A stretch of 63,909 nucleotides of DNA, the filler included, from Reticulomyxa filosa (Eukaryota; Protista; Foraminifera): the NCBI GenBank assembly GCA_000512085.1. It is 18 parts of 18 records of this genome, joined end to end, with 100 filler letters (N's around TTAATTAATTAA, not from the genome) between each part and the next. Parts side by side here need not be neighbours in the genome. Positions count along the whole stretch, not along the records: positions 22,676 to 26,158 come from ASPP01023166.1; positions 26,259 to 31,560 come from ASPP01009164.1; positions 31,661 to 37,550 come from ASPP01001992.1; positions 37,651 to 45,114 come from ASPP01006428.1; 14 more parts are not named here. One strand, 5' to 3'. A program made the position numbers and the translations under genes. The notes under the pieces were generated by a model, which did not search any database, was not told where the DNA came from, and was given only the letters and a program-made list of their open reading frames with translations. Every line of letters begins with the position of its first letter. The first letter of the stretch is position 1. Of this stretch, positions 25,300-39,024 are shown piece after piece.

Positions 25300-27543
25300 A
25301 ACAGGAACCCATCACTTCAATACCACAAATTTACGCATATCCAAAATAATACCCAGAATCACGAATAACGATATTCTCTTCAAATCCAACATTCAATTAT
25401 TTTTTATTATGTGTTTTCATTACGCTCCAAACTTTTAATTCGTCAAAACAAACACACAAAAGTTTTTATTTGTTTAACAATTGAAATATATATTTTTTTA
25501 TTTTTGGAAAAGTGAGCAAAGCTTTAATGACGTAATGACAAAATGAAGCCACTATTAGTCAAGAGCAAAGATAAATTATTTTAGGGTTTCTGGTTTGTGT
25601 TTTGCATATTTCGCATGGCTTCGCCGAGACACTCCAAAGTTAATCCTCCAATCTTGCACATCCAAAAAAAAGAAATTTCGTTTATTTCAAGATAGTATTC
25701 TGGATTTACAATTGTTATTTCGTTGTTGCAGTATTCGTGTTGATGATGAGGTTCAGATTTGTTGCAGCGTCTGTGCCAGTCATTGTTGCATCGATCTTTT
25801 CACTGGTGCAATAGGGACTTTTTGCAACAAGCTCCAATGCATCACGTGCCAAAGGTGTGCTGATGATAGTCAAAGAAGCCCTAGACCATATCAACAACTA
25901 CGATTTGTCGTTGAAGGGCTAGATATACATCATCGTGTGTTTATATCGCAGGACAGGTAGCAGTGTCCATTTGTAATGGATATGACAGCGTCTCTTCTTC
26001 TATGGCGACAGTATGACTGTGGGCAATAGATGAGTAGAGACGCAGTTAGAGTAACCACAACACCTTCAATTATTTCCACGACTGACAACGACCGTTATTA
26101 TGCCATTCACTTGTTCCAGGGGTTTGTAATTATAATCTGATAACAATTTATTTCTATCNNNNNNNNNNNNNNNNNNNNNNNNNNNNNNNNNNNNNNNNNN
26201 NNTTAATTAATTAANNNNNNNNNNNNNNNNNNNNNNNNNNNNNNNNNNNNNNNNNNNNAACAAAAAAAAAGTTATTAAAAAATCAATTTCATATTTAAAA
26301 ACTACAAGACTTGTAGATATTAAAAAAAAAAATTAGGTCTAAATGTTGATTTTTCATTGAGAAAATCAATTATCATCATAAGATATGTTTTATGCGTTCA
26401 GTTTTCTTTGCAACCTACTGTATAAAGAGCATATACATGCATTTGCTTTGGTGTCGATATTGATAAGCTGACAATCTGGAACACCAGCTTCAAATTGCCA
26501 ATGCAATCGCGAAATTGTCGCACTAAATAATTCGAAAAGATTGTTTTGAATCGATTGAAGTGTATCAACTAATATATGTTGCATACAAGTGGAATTAAAT
26601 ATATTCCCGTTCAAGATCAAAAGAGCTTATTTATCAGATTGCAAATTTTGTGTGACATTTCCTTATTGAGTGTACACATGACAAAAACAAAGTTGGCAAA
26701 GAACTTTTGAAGTTCATCTTGGCAAAAGTAAGAATTATTTGAATATAAATTTTTGATATTTTGTTAAAATTATTTCAGAAAACACCTAATTTGTTTGGTT
26801 TATAATTGTACTTTTTTCTTTATATTATTTAGCACGTCATATTTTGAAATTTGTGCTTTTTCAGCTTGTTTTGTTTGCGCTTTGTGTATGGGTTAAGTGT
26901 TATAAGTTGATGGTGAAGTAAGAGTAGTCTGACACCGTCATGCACACACAGCACAAAAGCTTCAAAAAATAGATAAGTGAAAACAAAAACGAAAAATGTT
27001 GTGGTATGTGGTACATTGTACTAACTGTATTTTCGTTTTATCTTTTTTTGTTAAAGGAAACGAACAGCGTGAAAGGATGAAAAAAGGTTGGACTGTCCCT
27101 TTTCTCGTCGCAAGCAAATGCTTCTTTATATCAACTGTGTTGGACATTAGAAAAATGTGTTAAAAAGGGTTTTTCAAAACACTAAAACGCTACTTTGGAT
27201 TTTGCTAAAAAAGCTCACATGAAATAAACTTTTTTCCAAATTCAAAGTCACACTTGTCACATGAAGAAGTATTTTGTTGCCCACAGTCAGTCTTTTTAAA
27301 GTTTGTTGCTATGAAGGAAAAAAGCCCCCATTCAGAAAGAAAAAAAACAAGACCATGAAAAAAATAGCTGTACATTTTTCCAAAGTAGCTCACAACCCAA
27401 TCCCACGTCAAGAAAAAAAAGACGAAGAGGTCTTTTTATGTTTGTTCATTTCTTTCTTGTTGTTTTCCAAATCAAAAAGGAAAGCCAATGAAAAAATGCA
27501 TGTTATAGCGTAATATTTTCGGCATCAGCAAAGAAACCAGACC

Positions 27544-29100
27544 TCAACTTTCAATTTTGGATGGAACTGGAGGTGGTCCTTTAGGTTTGTTTCCAGGCAA
27601 AGGAGGAGGTTTAGAAGGTTTATTGTTAGATTTAGGTGCAGGTGGTTCCTTTTTGGCGGCGGTATTGGTAGTCGGTTTTTGATCATAGGTGCGGGATGGA
27701 TTAAACAATTTACTTTGAGGGGGCTCTGCAGGAGCTGCTGGGGCCTGTGCTGATGGCGGTTTAATTTCCTCATCTTCTGTTTTTTCATTCTTACTCTTAA
27801 CGACGACAGAGGGTTTGGTGGCCTTGGGAGAAGTCTCGCCCTGCAAACTTTTGCTCTTAGGTAAACTGCCATATTGTACACGAACAATTATCAATATAAT
27901 GATGCCCAAACCAACGAAAATTATAGATAAAATATCCAAAGCGAATGATCTAACGCGTTCGATAAGCAAAGACAAACAATTATTTTTAATTTTTTAGGGT
28001 TCTTTTTTTTTTTTTTTGTATTGTGTCATTTTATGTGTGTCACTTTTATTTAAAGAAACATACGGGCCACCACCAGAAGAAAATGACCCAATGGTCAAAA
28101 TAATGTCAGTCCACATTGACTTTTTCGAACACGTTTCAACAGACGAGTAAATAATCAACCCCATCACCTGCCAAAATAGCACCATTGTAGTACCTAATAT
28201 GGTATATCCAAATGTCCATGCGCAGCCTAACCTTCGTGCGAATTGCTCGATTGACGAGAGGTCAACTGACAAAACAAGACAGAATTTCCAAAAAAAAAAA
28301 TTTCATTATTACATCGTTTTGTTTCCCCCCCCCCATTTCAAAACAAAATAGCATCCACCAAAAAAAAAAAAAATAGGCGACTTAACATCCCCCCAGACGA
28401 ATATCAAAGAATAGGCCGACACCCAAGACGAGATACCCTAACAAAATGGCCAGGATATTAAAAGCCATCCATACCTTTGTAAAAAGCACGCGCACAAGCG
28501 CAATTTTTGTTGTTGTAATGAATCATGCAAAGCCAAAGGGGGAAAAAAAAGGGAGGAGGGGAAGAGGTAGAGGGAAGGTTCAAAATTAATTAATCGATTG
28601 GTCTCCTTTTTTTTTTTGAAGTGTTTTTTCCTAAGATAGTTGCGATACTTGTCCAGCGGTATTATTTGTTGCACATTCCACAGAACTACAGCGAGTGTAC
28701 TTGTAATCATTCAAACCACTGGACTCAGAGTTAATTTTTTGCCATCCGCACCACTTTTATCGTTTGTTTTTGTTGTGCACGTAAGACTCACATATTCAGA
28801 TTATGTGTACAAGACTGACCCAGAAAGGAACCCCAAAAAAAAAAAACAACAACTAAACGTAGGTTTGTTTTTCGGCAACAAAGGTACTTGTTGATTGGGC
28901 TTTGATTTGAGTTGTAATAAGTTGATCAACTACCAGTGCAAGCAACTATATGTTTTTGTTGTTTCGTCGTTTGTCTCTTTCACACATACAAACACACAAT
29001 CTTACCAGCCAAATAAAGCCAAATATTGTCTTGGTTCATTTATTTTTTTGTTACATTTGCCACCCCCGATGATAAAGGCACATGGTCAAATTGTTTCGTA
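27544..29100 (-). CDS. Four-TM protein of claudin/PMP22/amastin-like topology with a Pro-rich tail, many short exons
   Basis: Manually spliced exons: TIFGFIWL|LLALVVDQL..., YTRCSSVECATNNTAGQ|VWMAFNILAILLGYLVLGVGLFF, CAWTFGYTILGTTMVLFWQVMGLIIY...C...GP|SFALDILSIIFVGLGIIILIIVR, and the tail PSKPPPLPGNKPKGPPPVPSK. The start codon was not resolved. Confidence 0.55.
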
Positions 29101-31324
29101 ACAACAAACATACAAACAACAGTATGTTGCTTGTTTCACATACGACACCTTTCAAAGATTTTTTTGGTCTTTGTAGATTTTACCAAACACCAATACAGCC
29201 ACAAGTAATTTGGTCTCTATTCATATTGCAAAATTTCGTTTTTTGTACAGTTAGTTGAACTCATTTTTCTCTGACAAGATTTAACCTTGAAAGTTTCTTG
29301 AATTAAATACTCTTGTTTCATGGGACAACTTCAAAGACGTATTATTCTGACTTCTGATATGACAAACAACTTCCCAAAGGGGAGTTCCTATATCTTTTTT
29401 ATCCTTGTGGCTTCGTAAAACACTTGTGTAGACAGGACAGTACTGTTGTCAAGGCAAAGATATTAATAACCTGCCTTAATGAGTTACAAAGCAATGCTGT
29501 ACGTACAAAGATTTCGCTTACTTCTAAAGAGAATACGAGCAACAATTTCAAGTCATTTACTTTTTAGATACGATCGTAAAGTAACAGAAATAGATATGAT
29601 TATTAACAAAGGTTAAGCAACTGATGTTGTTTTGGTACAAGATTTATATAGATTTGTTTATACGCCAAAAAAAGTATTGTTTATTTTGTATGGAAAAAAT
29701 TTGTATGTAACTATCTGTCAGTTTCATTTTTGATGTTGCTATTTTGGCTTTGTGTGCAATATCTGTCTTCTGGATGCAACCAGTCGAATAATTATAACAT
29801 ACAAAAACAATAAAACAAAAGACACTTGTAGTGCATATAGTACTAATCATTATCGAGTGAATCTCAGAACTCACTTTCTTCTAGTTCCGCTCATTTATCA
29901 GTCTTTTGTTCTTCTTTAATAAGAAAAACTCATAAAAATTTTGCGTTGACAAAATTTCAGATTTGCTTAAAGTAAAAAAAAAATTTAACATAAATTTCGG
30001 AACAAAGCATGATCACTTTTCTCTTTATTGAAGGAAAGATTACGTATACACAAAAATCCAACTGTATTTTCAGCAAACTGTTAAATTTACATTTGGGCAA
30101 TGCTACGTCAACGAACACTCGATACACTAACTGATCAGAGCTATACAGAGTAAAAAATTTATACCACACCAGAAAAAGAAACTGTAGCAAAATTGTTTTG
30201 GAATTAAGTGTTGAAAATAGATATATTGAAAAGTATTAAGATATATATAGAAAAAAAAATATTTAAATGAAAAAAATGCTATTAATAGAATAAAAATATT
30301 GTCATTGAAATGGATCATTTATGTACTCTAGAATTACCGAATGTTGAAATAATTTTAAACTTATATTGAACAACAAACAATGTACATCATTGATGTGGCA
30401 GTGAATGCATTAACTGATTCTGCACCATCATATGATTAGCATAATGATAACGAAAATGAAAAAGAAAAAATATATAATAACGATAATTATAAAGAAAGAT
30501 TAAATGGACGAATGATATATAACGAAAATCAATTTTGCAAATAATAAAATTAGTCATATAACAATCGATTTGATGATAATTTGTACGCATACAATAATAT
30601 AGATAATTATTGTTTGAATAAATATAAAATAGAATAAAAGAAAAAAATATATATCTAGATCGATAGCGAAATAAAGAAAGTAATATTGTCAAACAAACAA
30701 TCATGCAACATAACATACAATATCAACAGTCTGAAAAAGAATAAATTCAATTAATATTATAGCATTATATTCGAATAAATCAAACTTGATATTGTTGCAA
30801 CAAAATAAAAATAAAAAAAAAACAAAATGAGTTGTAAAGAAGATTTTAACTCATTGGAGGGGCTCCCCTTCGTTCCCTTAGTATGAACTATGCTTTTTGT
30901 TAAATTTTCAATATATTCTTAATCACTTTTTCTATAGACGCTGCATGTCGAAAAAGATTATTGTCGATCATATATTTAACAATTTTATACACAAAACAAT
31001 GGAACATGATGTGATTGATATACCAATCCATAAACCATGGGTTTGTTTGAAGTGTATTGCTTTATTTAGTGTTTGCAAGCCAGTCGGTTGTTAAACAAAA
31101 AAAATCATAAAATGTTATTATAACATTTTACATTTGATGCATTATTGTTAGCGAAACTCCGCCAATCAATATAATAGAAGAAAGTTTTGTTGAAAAAAGT
31201 TATTTCATATTTTTGTGATTTGTGGTCAAAGATTAAAATATTGTGCTCCGCTTAGACGAAAGGATTTTTTGGGGGGTGCAGGCTCCAAGAAAATAGAAAT
31301 TTTGAAATTAATAGATAGAAAAAG

Positions 31325-31560
31325 ATGTCCGGATCACCAAAAGGAAGGTTTATGGCGAGCTCTCCTTCGCATTCTCCCTCTCTTTCACACAAAAAGCAGA
31401 AAAAGAGCAAAGGAAAGTTGGGTCCATTTCGAATAGTGGACGAAATGTCGGACGAGTTTGAGGCGTTGATATCAAAGCATGAAAATAGTTTGATGACCGA
31501 GCGCTTCGAGCAGCAACGTGTTTCGTGTGTAAAAGAAGAGGAAGAGGAGGAGAAGAAGAG
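31325..31560 (+). CDS. 5' end of a hypothetical protein (truncated by contig edge)
   Basis: ATG followed by an open frame MSGSPKGRFMASSPSHSPSLSHKKQKK... running into the spacer. Confidence 0.45.
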
Positions 31561-31660
31561 NNNNNNNNNNNNNNNNNNNNNNNNNNNNNNNNNNNNNNNN
31601 NNNNTTAATTAATTAANNNNNNNNNNNNNNNNNNNNNNNNNNNNNNNNNNNNNNNNNNNN

Positions 31661-31751
31661 TATTTTTGTTAATTTAATTTCCTTTTACTGAATTTGCTTT
31701 TTGGGACTAAGTTCCTTTCGTATTACGCTTAGTCGTCTCACTATTCCTACA
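31661..31751 (+). repeat. Dispersed repeat, copy 2 (copy 1 at 10816-10906)
   Basis: Ungapped match to 10816-10906. Confidence 0.85.
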
Positions 31752-31927
31752 CCAGTGAAGGATTGCAAGAATGAAATTGAGTTTTGTCTTATTAATGCAC
31801 TCGGGCTGTAAAGTGACAATTCTTGAAAGATTACTCAAGTTGAAAGTACACATCCAATGCTTTCATCACAAAAATGGACTGCAACCAAAAAACTATAGTT
31901 AGTAGGTGTTTTGCCCAGGTTGAAAAG

Positions 31928-33806
31928 TTACAAACGCTTTAATTTAACAAAATTCCGATTCGCTCTTGTTTGGTAGTTAATTTGCTTTTTCTGCTTGTAG
32001 AGCTTCAATTAACCTTAACACAGCCAATATACAGCGAACTCCTCTCTGTTAAAACAACAAACAGAATGATTGTGTTCTGCGCAAAAAATGACGAGACAGA
32101 AAATAGACTTAACTCTGAGTTTGCGCACGTGTTGAAATCGTTTCAATTGTAACACTCGCTCTGTACCCATCTTTTGATCTGACGCTTTTCCTCGGAGCCA
32201 TGGATGACTTGCCGCTTGTGAGGAAGTCAATCTCTTTGCTGGATCGGTTATGAGCAGTTTTTTCACCAAATCTTTGGCGATATCACTGACCCCATCCCAA
32301 TGTGGACTAGGCATATCATACCTTGCCTCTTTGATTTGTCGATACAATCGAGTCATATCTTCGTTTTCATCATAAAAGGGTGGGAATCCACACAATCTTT
32401 ATGATTTCGTTTATGTTATGACAATTTGCACACAACATAAATCAAGTAAGCCAAAAGTAAACAACACGTTTATTTTGTCTCCCTCCCTTTGTATTTCTCC
32501 CCCTCAAATCTGTTTCATTCCATATCACAACAAGTTAGTAGCAAAAAAAAAAGCGAATGGCCCATACATGATATATAAAATAACACCAGCGGACCACATA
32601 TCCACCGAGGTACCATATTTTCCTTTCTCAAAATCTCAGGCGCGACATAATTTGGAGTTCCGCAAGGAGTCTTCAAAGGTCCAGATTTGAGCGATCCCGC
32701 CAAGCCAAAGTCAATTAATTTCATATTCCATTCGCCTTCAACAAAGACATCTTTGTTTTTGCACTTGTTTACAAACAACAAGTTCTCGGGCTTTTTCAAC
32801 GGATTCGATTTTTTTCACAAAAAAACAAACAACGCATCGCGTCACAAATAGTTATAACATCGTTTGTTTTGTCTTAAAAAAAAGTTTCATTTGAAAAGTA
32901 AAAAGTCCTCTTTCCAAACACGTCAAGTCAAACCAAGTATTTACCTTTAAATCTCGGTGAACAATCTGTCTTTCATGCAAATACTCCAATGCAATAATTA
33001 GTTGGCCAAAGCACTGGGCGGCGTTTTTTTCCGTGAAATGACCATGATCAATAATCCGATCAAACAGTTCTCCACCCTCCAATAAATCCAACACTAAACA
33101 CATTTTCGACTTGCTGTCGAACACATTGTGCAATTTCACTATGTTGTCATGATGAACCTTTACATCATTTCATTCCACACAAACAAGCAAACCAAGAGAG
33201 TAGTGACAGCGTATTTGTGCAAACAAGTTTTTTTATTAGATATACTTTTTATTCGCTCTCCCTTTTTTTAAACAAAAACTTAACTTGTCGCATGATGGAG
33301 ACTTCTTTTTCCAAGGTCACCAAGTCTCCCTTGTCCAAGTTTTTCTTATTGATTATTTTAAGCGCGTACATTATATTCGTCGATTTCTCTTTACATTTTC
33401 GAACGACTGCAAAACCACCACTAGTTTTTTTGTTTGTTTGTTTGGGTCTTTTTCCCTACCTCGCCAGAATTGCGCTTTTGCGGCTTTTTTTTATTTGCTT
33501 AACGTTCCGAGTTTAACACCAATAGAGTATTGCTCTTTTATCCCAACGGGGTTTATGTTGGTGACTGTACACATATTAAAATTTTTTAAGTTATGATAAA
33601 AAAACAATTGATTGTATTTTTTTTTTTTGGAGTTAACAGGGTTCTTTGTACTGGTCACACAATGACTTCAAAAGCTCATTTTCTTTTCCTTTCCATTTTT
33701 TCAAGTTTTCGTCCACAAAATCTAATTGGCTCGGGTCATGTGCAGTGTACAACTGTACAAGGCGGTTTCGAATGTTTTCGACACTCAAAATAGTCGGCTT
33801 GAACAT
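31928..33806 (-). CDS. Calcium/calmodulin-dependent protein kinase (CaMKI-like), about 7 exons, one apparent 1-nt deletion at ~32618-32621
   Basis: Kinase motifs KLGT|GGFAVV, YALKII, GGELFDRI, HRDLK|PENLL, DFGLA, CGTPNYVAPE, VDMWSAGVILY and CGFPPFY, plus a CaM-binding-like tail RKLR|RGVRCILAVLRL. TAA at 31928-31930. Confidence 0.92.
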
Positions 33807-34944
33807 TGGAATTATATAACAATAAGAATAGTTTTGTTCAAATCCCTTTTGCAAACTAAACAAAAGTCAAAAACGAACTCTCACATACAGTAAAATTGTC
33901 AGACTTTTGGAAAAAATAAAATAAACCATTCCAATTTTTATCATGTGAATCATTCCTTGTGAAAAAAGCACATTCTTTGAGCGTGGCATGTGCTGCCAAT
34001 ATTTCTTCAATATGACATAAATATAAAAGCATTACACTTATATGTCTTAAATCAAAACATCAGAAAATTATTTTTTAATCTTTTAAAGTGTCTTGTTACA
34101 AACCCTTTGCAAAAACTTCCTAAAAAAGGAACTCAAACAAGAAACTCTTGTTTTTGGCAATGATTATAAGAGATGAAAAAAAACCAAATTAAAAATCAAC
34201 AGGCTGGAAGAATTTGAATGATGGATCCACTTAAAACTGGCATCGTTTCTGTACACGTTTCGAACGTGCAGCGCACACGTTTGGTACGAATACTGATTTG
34301 CAGTCATTTATGCAGGGAATTTATGAAAAGCAACTACTTGCAAAGAGCAACGCAGATGATTTGCCCTGCCCAGATTTACGTTTTTTAGCAAGAACATGCC
34401 TGGAAGAGACACGAGAAATCGACCGTGAAGAAACAATAATCTTATCGACTTATGGATCGTGTGTGGATCACGTCGAAAATATCATTATTGGTGCAAGACT
34501 TGTGTATTTCATTCATTTTTCTATGGTATCACCCTTCGGAGCAATTTTGAGTTCAGCAATACAATTTGGAGAACTACTTTTTTACTGACTATCCAATCAA
34601 CTTTCTGCATTCTTTGGTTAATTTAACTGTGATTTTTTTGTTGAAACTTGTTTAAGAGAGACACTTTTCATAACATTTTCTTTGAATTTGTTCGCATTTT
34701 TCAATTTCCATTACATTCCGTCATTTTACGTATTGTGAGGTCTTAACTACGCAGACATGCATATATGCAATAAAAAAAAACTGTTACGTCCAAAGTAATT
34801 TTGTATTGTAGCCTTAAAAACTTTAAATCCTAGAGAGCTCACAAAGTTTTCGACGAGTGTTGGTTCTGTGGCTTTTTTACTCTCTTTGGTAAGCTTGTGA
34901 AAATCTTTTTTTAAAAAAAAGAAAAACTAAAGAAATTGAACGAA

Positions 34945-36868
34945 ATGAGCCAAGCGTCGGGAACAGACAAATGGAATGAACTGCTGGAACTGCTGAAACG
35001 AAAAGGAGTGCCTGCGAAAGCAACAGCAGCCCTAGCGACGTTAGGGGCACTAGGGGCCCTGTATTGGTATGTACGACCGGTGCCACATGACAATATCCCA
35101 ATGATGGACTTTCCAATACATCCAATTTTTGGACAACTTCAAACAGGTGAGCTGTCTGCTCAATTCAAAGAGATACACGATTCCAACTGTTTATATATGG
35201 CGTCAAGAGAAGAGCCTGTGATCGCAAAAGCTTTTCCAATGCGTCAATTTTTGGTATTTTTGAACGATCCCGAAGCAATTAAATTTGTGTTCGAAGATAA
35301 ATTCGAATTATTTGAAAAAGGTGAAAAAACAAGAGAATTGGCTGGAGACATTCTCGGAAATGGTATTTTTACAAGCGATCCACCAGGTCAGAGACAAAAA
35401 AAAAAAAAAAACAGATGAGTAGTTTTTCAATCGAAAAAAACAAAATAGAATGGAAACTTCACCGAAAAATCGCATCGAGGTATTTTTTTAACGTATATAT
35501 CGAAATTTTGTGTCTCATTGAATCACGATAAAAAGGAACAACAAATAGCAAAAATAAAAATAAAAAGAATGTTCTCGATGCGAAATTTAAAAGATTACAT
35601 GTTTGAATGCGCCGTGGATGGTAGCAAACGCGTGGTGAAGAAACTAAAAGAAATGAAACTGCAACACGAAAAGCAAAGCAAGACAGAACCCTTTATCGTG
35701 GACATTCATGACATGTTGGGACGATTTACTTTGGACAGCTTCATTACGATGTCATTTGGACACAGTCTGCGGATAATCGAAGCCGCCCCTGAACAGCACC
35801 CTTTTAGCGTATCGTTTGATTACTTGAGTGACTCGGCAATGACCCGACTGGTGGATGTCTTTTGGAAAATGAAACGCGCACTTAATATCGGGAGTGAGGC
35901 CTCGCGAAAAACGCATGTTGAAACCATTGATAAATTTATAAATGAGTTATTGGATATGGCCACTGTTAAGTCTTTTTGTTACTGCATGCATTTCCGAAAA
36001 CAGGGAGAGAAAGTCGGAGGGGCTTGTGGATTGTAACATTTGCAATGTGTGAATAGACACGCACTATCTATGACGAAAATGGCAATACTCGCCATGACAT
36101 GTTGTCGTTATATTTGCAATACAATCCCAAATGGACAAGAACAGAACTACGAGATATTGCTTTGAACTTGATTATTGCTGCTAGAGACACTACCCGAGTT
36201 TTGTTGACATGGTTCTTCTTTTGCATGAGTACCAGACCAAAGATTTTGCAAAAGATTTTGGACGAAATCAATGCAATTGATTCTGATGAAGTCACTTATG
36301 AACAAGTGACACACAAGTTAAAAAAAAAAGAATTTATGCTACCATGTTTTTTTTGGACTTTTTTTTTTAATCATCCCTTTTTAACAAAAATTATATGGAC
36401 AGACTTGAATATATGTACTGCACCCTTTTGGAAACGCTACGGCTATTTCCAAGTGTCCCAGCAGTGGCCCGTGTTGCTAAACAAGATGTCCAGCTTCCTA
36501 TCATTGGAAAGGAAAAAGTTGGCTATATAATTCGAAAAGGTGATTTATGTGTCATTCATAATTATACTATCGGTCGATCCACCAAATTCTGGGGAAGCGA
36601 TGCTACCGAATTTGATCCCACCCGTTGGCTTAAAAAACCCTTTACTTCTCTTCCGGCACAACTCTTTCCTCATTTCAATGTCAATCCAAGGCTATGTCTT
36701 GGTCGTCATTTTGCCTTAATGGAAGCCCAGGTTTTTCTCTTTCATTTTTTCAAAACATTTAAATTCTATCCAGTTCACAACTATGCCAATGGTAAAGTTC
36801 CAGAATATACTACTGGTTTAATTCTGAATCTAAAGGATGGCTATCCAATCATTTTGGAGGCGCTGTAG
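34945..36868 (+). CDS. Cytochrome P450 (resembles CYP86/CYP704-type fatty-acid hydroxylases), about 5 exons
   Basis: TM anchor, GNGIFTSD, WKLHRK, I-helix AARDTT, ETLRLFPSVP, FDPTRW and heme loop FNVNPRLCLG. Confidence 0.93.
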
Positions 36869-37650
36869 CTTTGGTGACTTCTTTTTCTCTTTGATTCGAC
36901 AGTTGTTTTTTTTTGTTTTTACTTGGGTTTTCTTCATCAACGTAACGTCTTTTGTTTGTTTGTTGGTGTTTTGGTCTTGTAATGAAAAGATTTGTGTATT
37001 AATAAAAATCAGTTGTCTTTCTGATAACGTTCTGCAAGTACGTAAGGCGATTTTTTTCTTTTTAGGATCGTTTTTCTCCTCTTTGTTATTCACAAAAAAT
37101 ATGCGACATAGAACACATTATGTCATAAAGCGATTTTCTAATCGAAAAATACCATAAAGTCCTACAAATACATAGAATTTGCTTGATAGTTGCCCGCTCA
37201 TATCTTTTTTCCTGGAAAAATTTATATTTCATTTTGATATTCTATTGAAATGTGTGAAAAAAAGCATATTTTTCATGTTACATGTTTTTAAAAATCTCTG
37301 AATTAAACATTATAAGAAAACATGTAAAATTCGTCAAAACAATAATATTAATATCAGAATTGCAAGTATTCAAAAGAGTAATTCTCTTATTTAATTCATT
37401 TTTGTTTCAATGAAGCTTATTTAATAAAAAAAAATACTCAAATTGGATATAGAAAGCAAAGCAACTATTTCTTTCGTTTTTAATACATTTGTAAATAGAT
37501 TAAAATAAAAAAGAAAGTTGAAACATAAAATGCCACCTTATAGAGATAATNNNNNNNNNNNNNNNNNNNNNNNNNNNNNNNNNNNNNNNNNNNNTTAATT
37601 AATTAANNNNNNNNNNNNNNNNNNNNNNNNNNNNNNNNNNNNNNNNNNNN

Positions 37651-38280
37651 AAAAAAAAAAGCTGCAAACTGTTGAGATTGCCATTGAGCTTGATGACACT
37701 TGGTTGGATACGCTGGTTCTTGGCTTCCATAATTTTTTGTTATGTTTAGTCTTATTCTTCTTTTTCCTCTTCTCGTTCTCTTCTTCTTCTCGCTCTTCCG
37801 GGCGTCCCTTTTTTTTGGGAACGGGAGACGTGGCGAAATAGTTTGATGACGCTTGAACGCGCTCTCGTATGCGATTTGGCGCCGGGGTCGCCTTGTCCAG
37901 TTCAGTTGCACTGCTCTGGGGAATTGGAAGGAATGGTGTTGGGGACGGCGTCCCGTCCTTCCCACTAGTCGATGGCGTTTGTCTTTCTACTGCATCTACT
38001 GCAGCTGCTTTCATTTCTTTTTTCTTCGGCTTTGCACACAACGCTTCTTCACTACTTTCAGGGGTCAATGACCGCCTGTTTATTTGTTTATTTGTTTGTT
38101 TGATGGATATGTTTTGTTGGTTGATTGAGTTTTTTTTTCTTTTTCTTCTGTTGACTTGCGCAAGCGGCTTTCAAAATCGTCATCGTTCCCTTCGCTAATG
38201 GGGGAAGACGAACTGTGGTATGTTTCTGCGTACGAGCCTTCTGTACCTTGTGAATAATCCAAAATCCATTCATTGGCCAT
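37651..38280 (-). CDS. 5' part of a Ser/Pro/Lys-rich hypothetical protein
   Basis: An exon MANEWILDYSQGTEGSYAETYHSSSSP..., an intron, then the ...SSEEALCAKPKKKEMK... frame running to the contig edge. Confidence 0.45.
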
Positions 38281-39024
38281 GGTTGAACACATTCCAGATG
38301 ATTTCAATATTTTGTTATTATGACGAAAATCAATCCTCAAGAATTGAAATTAAATTTTTATTTGCATACATGCAGATATTTTGCAAGTAACCTTTTACCA
38401 AAGATTTTTTAAACAAGGCGTTCAAGCCATTGCAACTCAAGATTAGATTGTGTCTTTCAAATGATGATATTTTGGAGAAAACTTGAAATTAGAAACAGAG
38501 AAGGAATAATTCCAAACATATAATTTAAAACAAAGGGCCAATCACAAAATAAATTAAATAACAAGCAGAGTTGACAAGTGAAATAGCATTGTTATAAACA
38601 CAAGAAAAGCTAAAATTTTCCAAAGTGTTCAGTTTTAATAATCGATTGATGAGCTATTTCAAAAAAGGGATTGAGACTTGAAACTTTTTTTTTGAAAAAA
38701 ATGGTCTTGCAGAAAGGTTTTTGACGCATGCAACAAAAACTTTTTCTAAAAATGTGGGGTATATTCTGAGTCTTTCAACTAGTCTTTAAACTTGTTATTC
38801 CGAACTGAATGAGAATGTCCTTAGAAAGTTTGAGCAAATAAAGAGATGAACTAGTTCATAATAATAATATTTTTTTTAGGCAACACACAGGAATTGTGAC
38901 AGTGCTACAAAACAAACGAGCAATCAGAAAACTGCAAACAATTAGAGCACAACCACTTTGCTGCTTTTTTCCCATCCCCCTTTCCTTCCTCGGTCCTTCC
39001 AACTTCTATTGCTTGCTATAATGA

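Noticed and set aside
34298-34588. 96-aa ORF between the kinase and the P450
   Set aside because: No ATG context, splice support or recognisable motif; possibly a relic.
2882-36868. MVK + POR + P450 as a terpenoid or sterol biosynthetic gene cluster
   Set aside because: The three genes are on different contigs separated by spacers, so there is no evidence of linkage.
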